Source: Burkholderiales bacterium (GTDB lineage: Bacteria > Pseudomonadota > Gammaproteobacteria > Burkholderiales > SG8-39). From it: 64,000 bases of DNA. How positions within the stretch are numbered: the stretch's first letter is position 1; each line of letters begins with the position of its first letter. Positions 19,204 through 27,857 of this stretch are shown piece by piece. The stretch is taken from contig JAHDYJ010000004.1 in assembly GCA_023383795.1 (NCBI GenBank), forward strand, positions 22,603 to 86,602. Reading direction: 5' to 3'. The position numbers and the translations under genes were made by a program. The notes beneath the pieces were generated by a model. It saw only the letters and a program-made list of their open reading frames with translations, ran no database searches and was not told the origin of the DNA.

Positions 19204-19511
19204 GGCTTGACCCTCGAGAAGTACTCGGAGATCTGCCTCAGCTCTCCGTCGGAGTAGCCCTTCGCGTGCTGGTGCATCACCGTGGCCGGACGCTCTCCGC
19301 TCTTGAAGGCGAGCATCAGGGTGTAGAGCTCGTCCGCCTTGCGTCCGGCGATCGGCGGCATGCCGCCTTCGGAGCGCCCTTCGGTGCCATGGCACGCCGC
19401 GCAGCTCGCCGCCCACTGGCGCACCTTGTGCTGGTCGCTCTGCGCCAGCGCCGGCCCCCAGGCCACCAGCGCGGCCAGCACCCACGCGGTGCTTCCACTG
19501 TTCCGCGTCAT
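19200..19511 (-). CDS. fccA: Monohaem cytochrome c subunit (FccA/SoxE-like)
   Basis: 103 aa. Signal peptide. A single CAACH motif. Translationally coupled to fccB. Confidence 0.8.
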   Translation of the reverse strand: MTRNSGSTAWVLAALVAWGPALAQSDQHKVRQWAASCAACHGTEGRSEGGMPPIAGRKADELYTLMLAFKSGERPATVMHQHAKGYSDGELRQISEYFSRVKP

Positions 19512-19694
19512 CGGGTTCTCCCTGTCGGATGTCGTCTCATTGCACCCTTGCAGTCACGCACATCATGCGCCGCAGCGCAACAGATCCGGGCATGCAAGCG
19601 TGATCGAATCGGCTTCCGAGGCGTGCGCGGCAAGAGAAATGAATCTCATGTGCCGAAGTCCGGACAGCGCGGTTCGTGCGGCGCCCGGCAGCGG

Positions 19695-21788
19695 CTAAGC
19701 CGTGAGCCGACGGTACACGCCCGCAACCTGCAGCGGCAGCCGCCGCACGTCGTCCACCAGGACGAAGTTCGCCGCGCCGTACATGTGGGGCAGGTAGGCT
19801 CGCGCCTGCTCGTCGATGGTGATGCAGAACGGATGGACGCCGGCGCGGCGCGCCTCGACGAGCGCCTGGCGCGTGTCCTCGATCCCGTACTCCCCGCGAT
19901 AGCCGTCGCCGAAGTCGTCCGGCTTGCCGTCCGAGAGCGTCACGAGCAGGCGCGTGCGCGCGTCCTCGGCGGCGAGCATGCGCGTGATGTGGCGGATCGC
20001 AACGCCCATGCGCGTGTAGTCCTGCGGCATGATTCCGGCGATCCGCGCCTTGACCTCGGCGCCGTAGGGCTCGTCGAAACGCTTGACGCGGTAGAGCTCG
20101 CAGCGCTTGCGGGTCATCCCCGAGAAGCCGTAGATCGCGTAGCGGTCGCCGAGCACCTCGAGCGCCTCGCACAGGAGCACGAGCGCCTCGCGCTCGGCGT
20201 CGTTGATCCAGCCCTTGGTCGAGCCGCTCATGTCGACCAGGAACATCACCGCGATCGAGCGCTCGGTCCGGTGCCGCCGCACGAAGAGCCGCTCGGGCAG
20301 CTCGCGTCCCGCGGCGGCGTCGGCGAGCCCGGCCACCGCGGCGTCGAGGTCGATGCCGTCGCCGTAGGGCTCGCGCCGGTGCAGGCGATCCTCGCCGCGC
20401 AGCGCCTCGAACGTGCGCTTCAGGCTCGCGATCTGCGGCCGGTAGCGCTCCAGCGTGCGCCAGACGAAGGCGGGGTCGCCGGGATGCACGTCGCGGCTGC
20501 GCAGGACGCACCAGCCCCGCCGGTAATGCCGCCGCGCGTAGTCCCATTCGTCGTAGACCGCCGCGCCCGCCTCGGCCTCCGCGGCGCCGTCGTCGCCCGC
20601 CGCGCCGGCCGGGGTGCTCGGCGCGTAGGCGCCCGCGCCGGCGGGCTCCAGGTACTCCGGCGGCAGCGTGCCGAGATCCTGCAGGATCGATTGCATCAGG
20701 CTCGCGGCGTCGGCCGGCGGCGAGACCGCCGCGCCGTCGAGGAAGAGCTCGACCGTGCGCTCGCCGGTCGCGGCGGACTCCGAGACGCGCGCCTCGAAGC
20801 GGCCCGGCCCCGCGCCCGGCGCGCCGCCCTCCTCCCGCTCCGCGTCCCGCAGGCCGCCGAGCAGCGCGCGGAAGGTTTCGCGCTCGCGTCCGATCCGTGC
20901 CTCGCGCACCTCCTGCGCCCGCTCCGGATGCAGGCGCACCACGTAGGGCCACGCGGGCGGCGCACGCGCGAGGTCGACCGCGCCGAGCGCGGCAAGCGTT
21001 GCCTCGAGCGGCGCGTCCGGGTCGGCGAGCGGCGCCGCCGCGGCCGCGACGCGCGCGTCGGGGGCGGGCTGCTGCAGCACGCGCATGTCGCGCGCCAGTC
21101 CGGGCAGCGCGCGCTCGAGCTTCGCCCCGAGACGCACCGCCTCCAGGAACGCGAGCCAGCGCCGCACGCGGGCCGGATGCGCGCTCGCCTCAACGGCGGC
21201 CCCGAGCGCCGGCGCGAAGGTTTCGAACCGGCACTGCGCCCACGCGAGCGCCGCCATCGCCTTGTAGACGAGGAAGTTGCGGTTGCGCGCCGCGTACAGC
21301 GTCACCTCGTGCGGCAGGTACACCGTCTCCGTGTCGGTCCAGGGCTCGTCGGCCGCCGCGACCCGCAGGCGACGGCCGGAGAGACCCCACAGGAAGAGCT
21401 CGAGGACGCGGCCCGCGTCCTCGAAGCGCACGGCGTCGGCCTGCGCGTCCCAGGAGCGCACGAAACCGGTCAGGTCCTTGAGCGCCGCGCTCGCCGCGTA
21501 CATGCTGCCATGGTCGTACACGTCCATCGCCTGCACGAGCCAGGCCTCGGCGCCGCGCTCGCCGAGCACCGCGAGGGCGCGCGGGGCAGCGGCGGCGAAC
21601 TGGTAGGCCAGCTCGGCGCTCGAGCGCGCGACGACGCCGGCCCAGTGCAGCACGAAGTCCTGCTGGCCCCGTTCGAGCGCGGCGAGACCGGGCACGAGCG
21701 CGGCGGCGGTGCGGCGTGACGAGAGGCAGGCCTCGAGCAGGTCCTCCAGGCGCTCTTCGAGCTCGGAAGCCGAAAGCCGTGCGTTCAT
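19695..21788 (-). CDS. VWA-domain protein of the CbbO/NorD family
   Basis: 697 aa. C-terminal von Willebrand A domain with MIDAS-like VMFLVDMSGST. Lies immediately downstream of a CbbQ/NorQ ATPase gene. Confidence 0.8.
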   Translation of the reverse strand: MNARLSASELEERLEDLLEACLSSRRTAAALVPGLAALERGQQDFVLHWAGVVARSSAELAYQFAAAAPRALAVLGERGAEAWLVQAMDVYDHGSMYAASAALKDLTGFVRSWDAQADAVRFEDAGRVLELFLWGLSGRRLRVAAADEPWTDTETVYLPHEVTLYAARNRNFLVYKAMAALAWAQCRFETFAPALGAAVEASAHPARVRRWLAFLEAVRLGAKLERALPGLARDMRVLQQPAPDARVAAAAAPLADPDAPLEATLAALGAVDLARAPPAWPYVVRLHPERAQEVREARIGRERETFRALLGGLRDAEREEGGAPGAGPGRFEARVSESAATGERTVELFLDGAAVSPPADAASLMQSILQDLGTLPPEYLEPAGAGAYAPSTPAGAAGDDGAAEAEAGAAVYDEWDYARRHYRRGWCVLRSRDVHPGDPAFVWRTLERYRPQIASLKRTFEALRGEDRLHRREPYGDGIDLDAAVAGLADAAAGRELPERLFVRRHRTERSIAVMFLVDMSGSTKGWINDAEREALVLLCEALEVLGDRYAIYGFSGMTRKRCELYRVKRFDEPYGAEVKARIAGIMPQDYTRMGVAIRHITRMLAAEDARTRLLVTLSDGKPDDFGDGYRGEYGIEDTRQALVEARRAGVHPFCITIDEQARAYLPHMYGAANFVLVDDVRRLPLQVAGVYRRLTA

Positions 21789-21857
21789 GGCGTCGCGAGC
21801 GTCGCACCTTCGTCCCGCCCCTCCCCCCGCCAGGGGGAAGGTGAGGGACGCGGCGAC

Positions 21858-22670
21858 TCAGAAGACCGAAGCGACGAGCTCATTCAGCGCAGCGAGCGTC
21901 TCCGGTTCGTCGGTGAGCGGCTCTGCGATCGCCGCAAGACAGGCCGTGCGCGGCGCCACGCCGAGCATGACCAGTTTGCCGGCGTGCACCAGCAGCCGGG
22001 TGCTCGCGCCTTCGTCGAGGCCGTTTCCCTTGAGGTTGCGCGTCATGCCCGCGAGCCGCACCAGGCGCTCGGCCGTGCCCTCGTCGACGCCGGTCTCGTG
22101 CGCGACGATGCGGCGCTCCAGCGCCGGCTCCGGATGCCCGAACTCGATCGCGACGAAGCGCTGCCGCGTGCTCTGCTTGAGCTCCTTCAGCACGCTCTGG
22201 TAGCCGGGGTTGTAGGAGAGCGCCAGCAGGAACTCGGGCGGCGCGCGCAGGACCTCGCCGGTCTTCTCCACCGGCAGGATGCGGCGGTCGTCGGCGAGCG
22301 GGTGGATCACGACGGTGGTGTCCTTGCGCGCCTCGACGATCTCGTCCAGGTAGCAGATCGCGCCGAGCCGCACTGCGGCGGCGAGCGGGCCGTCCACCCA
22401 CACCGTCTCGGCGCCGATGATCAGATAGCGGCCGACGAGATCCGACGCGGTCAGGTCGTCGTGGCAGGAGACGGTGACGAGCGGCCGCCCGAGCCGCCAG
22501 GCCATGAACTCCATGAAGCGCGTCTTGCCGCAGCCGGTCGGCCCCTTGAGAAGCACCGGCACGCGGCTCGCGTGGGCCGCCTCGAAGAGGCGCACCTCGT
22601 CGCCGACCGGCTCGTAGTAGGGCTCGGATCTGACGAGGTACTGGTCGGCGCTGTGGGCGCGGGTGTCCAT
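21858..22670 (-). CDS. MoxR-class AAA+ ATPase of the CbbQ/NorQ family
   Basis: [26 protein letters not shown]...[13 protein letters not shown] (Walker A), with the typical CbbQ/NorQ N-terminus. The track ORF start at 22724 lies inside a repeat array and was rejected. Confidence 0.85.
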   Translation of the reverse strand: MDTRAHSADQYLVRSEPYYEPVGDEVRLFEAAHASRVPVLLKGPTGCGKTRFMEFMAWRLGRPLVTVSCHDDLTASDLVGRYLIIGAETVWVDGPLAAAVRLGAICYLDEIVEARKDTTVVIHPLADDRRILPVEKTGEVLRAPPEFLLALSYNPGYQSVLKELKQSTRQRFVAIEFGHPEPALERRIVAHETGVDEGTAERLVRLAGMTRNLKGNGLDEGASTRLLVHAGKLVMLGVAPRTACLAAIAEPLTDEPETLAALNELVASVF

Positions 22671-22676
22671 GACGAA

Positions 22677-22771
22677 GTGGACAGTGGACAGTGGACAGTT
22701 GGCAGTTGGCAGTTGGCGGTTCAACGAAGCCTAGGCACGCGCATCGCTCCGTCTGCTGCCCACTGCCCACT
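22677..22771. repeat. Heptamer-repeat inverted repeat (CAGTGGR class), copy D
   Basis: GTGGACA x3 followed by GTTGGCA x3 (22677-22719). The opposing arm is CTGCTGCCCACTGCCCACT (22753-22771). It fills the ykgJ-cbbQ spacer and ends 6 nt from the cbbQ ATG. Confidence 0.8.
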
Positions 22772-22777
22772 TTCTTT

Positions 22778-23677
22778 TCAGTCGTCCAGGCTGTCGTACA
22801 TCCGGTCCTGCTCGGCGGCGCGCCTCGCGGCCGCCTCGCGCTCGGTCGCCTCGACCTTGTCCTTGTAGCGTGCGAGGCGCCGCGCGGCGGCATCCCGGCG
22901 CAGCGGAATCGACATCTCGCCGAACAGCGTCTGGCGCAGGAAGCGCATCGCGAACGAGAGCAGCGTCTCGTCGTCGCTCGCGATCGCGCGCAGAAGGCCG
23001 GGCTCGAGCTCGAAGAGCTCCTGGAAGCCGGGGCTCATCACGAACGCACGGAAGCCGTCGACGTCATAGCTCGCGAGGAAGAAGAGCTCGAGGCTCTTCT
23101 GCGACGGCTTGCCGATCGCCGGCCCGCCCGAGCGCTTCTTCAGGATGATGCGCCGCCATTCCCGGTTCGCCTCGTCGTACGGCTCGAGGCCCTGCTCCCG
23201 GCGGTACTCGCGCACGGTCTGCTCGTGCGGCTCCTGGTGCCCGAGGCAGTGGGCCTCCTTCACGACGAAGTACGCGTCCTCGTCCGCGGCCGACTCCTTC
23301 CGCCGCATCGACATCAGTCCGAGCGCGTAGTAACGGCACGCCGAGGGCCGGTCCTCGTAGACGCTGCAGCCTTCGGGCGTGAGGTAGATGCACTCGTTCG
23401 AGCCCTCCTTCGTCTTGAGCTTCAGCCCCGGCATGCCGTGCCCGTCCATCTGGAAGTCGCGCGTGTCGCGGTCGATCCACTCGCGCGCCGGGAGGTCGAA
23501 GCGTCGCTTCAGCCGCAGCACGTCGTAGGGCGTCAGCATGATGTCGATGTTCCGGCAGCACTGATTGAAGCATGCAATGCCTTTATGGCAGCGGAAGCGG
23601 AACTTGTCAGCCAGGCCGAGCTGCACCGGCTGCACCGGCGAGACGGGCACGGGATCGCGAATGTCTTCGGGGGTCAT
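22778..23677 (-). CDS. YkgJ-family (UPF0153) cysteine-cluster protein
   Basis: CHKGIACFNQCCRN (CxxCxxCC-type cluster) plus the later CIYLTPEGCSVYEDRPSACRYY, typical of the YkgJ zinc/iron-binding family. Confidence 0.8.
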   Translation of the reverse strand: MTPEDIRDPVPVSPVQPVQLGLADKFRFRCHKGIACFNQCCRNIDIMLTPYDVLRLKRRFDLPAREWIDRDTRDFQMDGHGMPGLKLKTKEGSNECIYLTPEGCSVYEDRPSACRYYALGLMSMRRKESAADEDAYFVVKEAHCLGHQEPHEQTVREYRREQGLEPYDEANREWRRIILKKRSGGPAIGKPSQKSLELFFLASYDVDGFRAFVMSPGFQELFELEPGLLRAIASDDETLLSFAMRFLRQTLFGEMSIPLRRDAAARRLARYKDKVEATEREAAARRAAEQDRMYDSLDD

Positions 23678-23886
23678 CTGGGCAGAAAAGCTGCAACAGC
23701 GGCCGGGCCAAGCTACCCGAGGGCCCGTCCGATGTCCAGCGGCGCGCGGGGTCGGTCCGCCGCGGGGTCGAGCGCGCTCGCCCGCCGTCGGCGCCGGGGG
23801 CCTCGCCGCGGATTTGGCAGCTTTCGTTCGTGCCCGGTAGGATTACGGCTGCGAACGCTGCAGTCGGCGAGACAGAGGAAAAAAAC

Positions 23887-25173
23887 ATGAAGCGCACCCG
23901 CCCCTTGTCGCTGGGCCTCGGCAACGTCAGCCAGGCCGATCTGGAGGCGGCACCGGACCGCACGCCGCGCGCCGCCCGCGCGAGCGGCCTCGACCGCTCG
24001 CTCTGTCGCGCCCTGCTGCGCGCGGCCGGCAGCCCGCCGGTTGCGCTCCGGCTGTGGAACGGCGAGGTCGTCTCGACCGCGGATGCCGCCCCGGTCGCGA
24101 CGGTCGTGCTGCGCGACCGCGGCGCGCTCTATCGCCTGATCCGGAACCCGGATCTGCATTTCGGCGACCTCTACAGCGTCGGGCGGATCGACGTCGAAGG
24201 CGACTTCGTCGCGTTGCTGGAGGCGATCTATCGCGGCATGGGGCACCTGCACGGCAATGCGCTCGTGCGCCTGCGCGAGCGGCTCACGAACCGCCCGCGC
24301 GTCAACACCCTCGCCGGGTCGCGCGAGAACATCCACCACCACTACGATCTCGGCAACGAGTTCTACCGGCTGTGGCTCGACACGGCCGCGATGCAGTACA
24401 CCTGCGCCTACTATCCCGACCCGGCGATGTCGCTCGAGCAGGCCCAGGTCGCCAAGCTCGACCACGTCGCGCGGAAGCTCCGCCTCAAGCCCGGCGACCG
24501 GGTGGTCGAGGCCGGCTGCGGCTGGGGCGGGCTCGCGCGGCATTTCGCGCGGAGCTACGGGGTCACCGTCCGGGCGTACAACATCTCGAGCGAGCAGGTC
24601 GCCTTCGCGCGCGAGCGCGCCCGCGACGAGGGCCTCGCGGACCGCGTCGAGTACGTGCTCGACGACTACCGCAACATCGAGGGCAGCTACGACGTGTTCG
24701 TCTCGGTCGGGATGCTCGAGCACGTCGGGCCCACGAACTACGGCACGCTCGGCGACGTCATCGACCGCTGCCTCGCGCCGCACGGTCGCGGCTTCATCCA
24801 CTCGATCGGGCGCAACCGCCCGGGCAAGATGAACGCCTGGATCGAGAAGCGGATCTTTCCCGGCGCGTACCCGCCGTCGCTCGGCGAGATGATGGCGATC
24901 TTCGAGCCGCGGCGGTTCTCCGTGCTCGACGTCGAGAACCTGCGCCTGCACTACGCGCAGACGCTGCGCCACTGGCTCGAGCGCTTCGAGCGCAACGCGG
25001 GGACGATCGAGGACATGTTCGACCCGTTCTTCGTGCGCGCCTGGCGGCTCTACCTCGCCGGCTCCATCGCGGCCTTCACGACCGGATCGCTGCAGCTCTT
25101 CCAGGTCGTCTTCGCCCGCGGCGCCGACAACGAGCTTCCCTGGTCGCGGGCGCACCTGCACCCGCAGGCCTGA
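23887..25173 (+). CDS. cfa: Cyclopropane-fatty-acyl-phospholipid synthase family methyltransferase
   Basis: HYDLGNEFYRLWLD, SAM motif VVEAGCGWGGLA, FVSVGMLEHVG, IEKRIFPGAYPPSL and YLAGS.AAF are all canonical Cfa/mycolic acid methyltransferase blocks. Confidence 0.9.
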   Translation: MKRTRPLSLGLGNVSQADLEAAPDRTPRAARASGLDRSLCRALLRAAGSPPVALRLWNGEVVSTADAAPVATVVLRDRGALYRLIRNPDLHFGDLYSVGRIDVEGDFVALLEAIYRGMGHLHGNALVRLRERLTNRPRVNTLAGSRENIHHHYDLGNEFYRLWLDTAAMQYTCAYYPDPAMSLEQAQVAKLDHVARKLRLKPGDRVVEAGCGWGGLARHFARSYGVTVRAYNISSEQVAFARERARDEGLADRVEYVLDDYRNIEGSYDVFVSVGMLEHVGPTNYGTLGDVIDRCLAPHGRGFIHSIGRNRPGKMNAWIEKRIFPGAYPPSLGEMMAIFEPRRFSVLDVENLRLHYAQTLRHWLERFERNAGTIEDMFDPFFVRAWRLYLAGSIAAFTTGSLQLFQVVFARGADNELPWSRAHLHPQA

Positions 25174-25226
25174 GCGTCCGGCCGCGCCGCGGCGCGGGCG
25201 ATCCGGAGCGGCGTGCAACGCGCGCC

Positions 25227-25260
25227 GGGAAAGCAAACGGGGCCCGGCGTACCGGGCCCC
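25227..25260 (-). terminator. Intrinsic terminator downstream of aprA (sited between convergent cfa and aprA)
   Basis: Perfect 9-bp stem GGGGCCCGG-cgta-CCGGGCCCC (25239-25260). On the minus-strand RNA it is followed by GUUUGCUUUCC. Confidence 0.6.
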
Positions 25261-25289
25261 GCTCGCCTGTCCTGGAGGACGCGGCGCCG

Positions 25290-27206
25290 CTACTTGATCA
25301 GCTGGACGTACGGAACCTTCTTGATCTCCCACTGCTTGGTGTTGCGGTCGTAGCGGGAGTTGACGAAGCACTTCCAGTTCTCGTCGTCGATGTAGTTGTG
25401 GTCCATCCGGTAGTAGAAGCCCGGGTAACGGGTCTCCTCGCGGAACTGGATGTGCTTCATGTGCGCTTCGGCCGCGATGATGCGGTGGTAGTTCTCCCAC
25501 GCGCGCAGCAGCTCGTGCAGGTCCTTCGCACGCATCTTCAGCGAGTCTTCCTTCAGCATCTCGAGCTTCTTCTCGGCGACCTTGAGCATCGCGCCGTTGG
25601 TCCGGTAGTAGGTCGCCACGCCCGCCACGTACTCGTCCATGAGCTTCTGCAGCCGGAACTGCAGCATCTTGGGCGTGATGTAGTGCGGGTTGACGTCGAT
25701 CGCGGTGGTGTAGTCCTTGTGCTCGAGGAAGGTCTTGACCGGCCGGTAGATCTCCTCGACGAGCTCCGCGGTCGTGCGCGAGGACTCCGGCTTCCAGTCC
25801 TTGTTGTCGAGCGCGAAACGGACCATGGCCTTGGCCGCGATGCGCCCCTCGGTGAACGACCCCGACGAGAACTTGTGGCCCGAGGCGCCGACGCCGTCGC
25901 CGGCGGTGAACAGCCCCTTCACCGTGGTCATCGAGCGATAGCCCCAGCTCCACTCCTCCGGCACGCCCGGCAGGTCGGTCGGCCCGGACACCCAGATCCC
26001 GGCGCAGCCCGAGTGCGAGCCGAGCAGATACGGCTCGGTCGGCATGATTTCGGACGGAGTCTTCTCGGGCTCGATGTTCTCGCCGGCCCAGATGCCGCAC
26101 TGGCCGATCGTCATGTCGAGGAAGTCCTCCCACGCCTCGGCCTCGAGGTGCTTGACCTCCTTTGGCGTCATCTTCTCGGCGAGCTTCTGCATCGCGGTCG
26201 GCGTGTCCATGTAGATCGGACCGCGGCCGGCAAGCATCTCCTCGAGCATGATGTGGTTGCGCAGGCAGGTGCCCGGGACGCCGTGGCCGTACTTGCCGAA
26301 GCGCTTCTCGTCCTTGATGATGTCGGCGCGCAGGGTCGAGTAGTCCTCGCCGAAGCCGTTCATCACCTTCGCCTTGAAGAGCAGGAACCACGCCCCGACC
26401 GGCCCGTAGCCGTCCTTGAAGCGCGCCGGGACGAAGCGGTTCTCCATCATCGTCAGCTCGGCGCCGCACTCGGCCGCCATCGCGTAGGTCGAGCCTGCGT
26501 TCCACACCGGGTACCACGCGCGGCCGGTGCCTTCGCCGACCGAGCGCGGCCGGAACACGTTCACCGCGCCGCCCGCCACGAGCAGGCAGCACTTGAACTT
26601 GTAGATGTAGAGCTTGTGCTCGCGCACCGAGAAGCCGGCGGCGGCGGCGACCCGGCTCGGGTCGTTCTTGTCGGTGACCAGGCGCACGATGAACACGCGC
26701 TCCTGGATGTTCTCCATCCCGAGCGCCTTCTTCGCGGCCTCGGCGACGATCCACTTGTAGGACTCGCCGTTGATCATGATCTGCCACTTGCCCGAGCGCA
26801 CCGGCTTGCCGCCGGCGCGCAGCGACTTGTCCTCGTCGCCCGGCTGTTTCCAGATCGGCAGCCCCCAGTCCTCGAAGTTGTGGACCGAGTCGTCGACGTG
26901 GCGGCCGACGTCGTACACCAGGTCCTCGCGGATGATGCCCATGAGGTCGTTCCTCACGTAGCGCACGTAGTCCGATGGGTCGTTCTCGCCGCAGTAGGTG
27001 TTGATCGCCGACAGGCCCTGCGCGACCGCGCCCGAGCGCGACAGCGCCGCCTTGTCGACCAGCTTGATCTTCAGGTTCGCGCCGGCCGCCTTTGCCCACT
27101 GGCCGATCTCGAACGCCGCGCCGCAGGCGGCCATGCCGCCGCCGATGATCAGGACGTCGACCTCTTCCTCGACGATCTCGGGATTGCCGAATCCAAACTC
27201 TGCCAT
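25290..27206 (-). CDS. aprA: Adenylylsulfate (APS) reductase alpha subunit
   Basis: 638 aa. The N-terminus MAEFGFGNPEIVEEEVDVLIIGGGMAACGAAFE and the whole length are typical of AprA FAD subunits. Confidence 0.95.
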   Translation of the reverse strand: MAEFGFGNPEIVEEEVDVLIIGGGMAACGAAFEIGQWAKAAGANLKIKLVDKAALSRSGAVAQGLSAINTYCGENDPSDYVRYVRNDLMGIIREDLVYDVGRHVDDSVHNFEDWGLPIWKQPGDEDKSLRAGGKPVRSGKWQIMINGESYKWIVAEAAKKALGMENIQERVFIVRLVTDKNDPSRVAAAAGFSVREHKLYIYKFKCCLLVAGGAVNVFRPRSVGEGTGRAWYPVWNAGSTYAMAAECGAELTMMENRFVPARFKDGYGPVGAWFLLFKAKVMNGFGEDYSTLRADIIKDEKRFGKYGHGVPGTCLRNHIMLEEMLAGRGPIYMDTPTAMQKLAEKMTPKEVKHLEAEAWEDFLDMTIGQCGIWAGENIEPEKTPSEIMPTEPYLLGSHSGCAGIWVSGPTDLPGVPEEWSWGYRSMTTVKGLFTAGDGVGASGHKFSSGSFTEGRIAAKAMVRFALDNKDWKPESSRTTAELVEEIYRPVKTFLEHKDYTTAIDVNPHYITPKMLQFRLQKLMDEYVAGVATYYRTNGAMLKVAEKKLEMLKEDSLKMRAKDLHELLRAWENYHRIIAAEAHMKHIQFREETRYPGFYYRMDHNYIDDENWKCFVNSRYDRNTKQWEIKKVPYVQLIK

Positions 27207-27262
27207 GTTGCTTCCTTTCAGTCCGGCTGCGCCCGACTCCGGGGCGCCCTGCCGGGGAAACT

Positions 27263-27378
27263 GTGATGGGTGATGGGTAATGGGTGATGGGTGATGGAAA
27301 TCCGTCCTCTGCAGACCGGTCGGGGGTAATCAGGGTGGGGCGTCGCGCCCATCACCCGTCACCCTTCGCCCATCACCC
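27263..27378. repeat. Heptamer-repeat inverted repeat (GGGTGAT class), copy B
   Basis: Left arm of five heptamers GTGATGG GTGATGG GTAATGG GTGATGG GTGATGG (27263-27297). 50-nt spacer. Right arm CCCATCACCCGTCACCCTTCGCCCATCACCC (27348-27378) abuts and overlaps the aprB stop codon. Confidence 0.85.
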
Positions 27379-27837
27379 TTTGAGGAACTGGCTCATGTCG
27401 ACCTTGTGCGTCCCCTTCGTGAAGAGCACCTTGTCGTCGGTCGCGTCCTTCCAGTCCGCGGCGGGCTTGCCGCCGTACGGGTCCGCCGAGCCCTCCGGCG
27501 TCGTGCGGATCGGGAACTTGAAGCGCTTCACGGTGCCGTTCCGGAACTTGATGGTCCACAGGATCGAGTCCGAGCCGCGCAGCGGCTGGACCGATGCGCC
27601 GAGCGGCACGATGTCGGCGTAGTGGCGCACCTCGATCGCGTTCTGCGGGCAGATCTTCACGCAGGAGTAGCACTCCCAGCACTGCTCGGGCTCCTGGTTG
27701 TAGGCCTTCATCGCATGGCCGGTCTGCGAGCCGTCCTTGTCGAGCATCATCAGGTCGTGCGGGCAGATGTACATGCAGGCGGTCTTGTCCTGGCCCTTGC
27801 AGCCGTCGCACTTGTCGGTACGGACGAAAGTCGGCAT
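27373..27837 (-). CDS. aprB: Adenylylsulfate (APS) reductase beta subunit
   Basis: MPTFVRTDKCDGCKG...ACMYICPHDLM...CWECYSCVKICPQ: two [4Fe-4S] motifs and the typical AprB tail. GGAG precedes the ATG at 27837. The track ORF start at 27897 lies in repeat array C. Confidence 0.9.
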   Translation of the reverse strand: MPTFVRTDKCDGCKGQDKTACMYICPHDLMMLDKDGSQTGHAMKAYNQEPEQCWECYSCVKICPQNAIEVRHYADIVPLGASVQPLRGSDSILWTIKFRNGTVKRFKFPIRTTPEGSADPYGGKPAADWKDATDDKVLFTKGTHKVDMSQFLKG

Positions 27838-27857
27838 TGCCTTCTCCTCGTAAAACC

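Noticed and set aside
21820-21841. Hairpin CCTCCCCCC-gcca-GGGGGAAGG in the cbbQ-cbbO spacer
   Set aside because: It is a short single-copy stem (9 bp with one mismatch or G.U), not heptamer-phased and not repeated elsewhere in the window. That is insufficient to call a repeat family or a terminator, since cbbO must be co-transcribed.
22671-22724. Longer cbbQ/norQ start ([18 protein letters not shown]...), and the similar ORF 30809-31282 starting MGSSLQFTVHCSLLPTHCPLSTIS
   Set aside because: These peptide stretches are simply translations of the heptamer repeat arrays (copies D and E). CbbQ/NorQ family N-termini begin at the MDTRAH...YLV..EPYY position.
23713-27266. Two giant ORFs (1128 aa on the minus strand at 23713-27099; 1070 aa on the plus strand at 24054-27266) spanning cfa, the cfa/aprA spacer and aprA
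   Set aside because: They run through an intergenic terminator hairpin and overlap two genes with canonical family motifs in other frames. Their composition is Arg/Gly/Ala/Pro-biased without domains. They are shadow frames.
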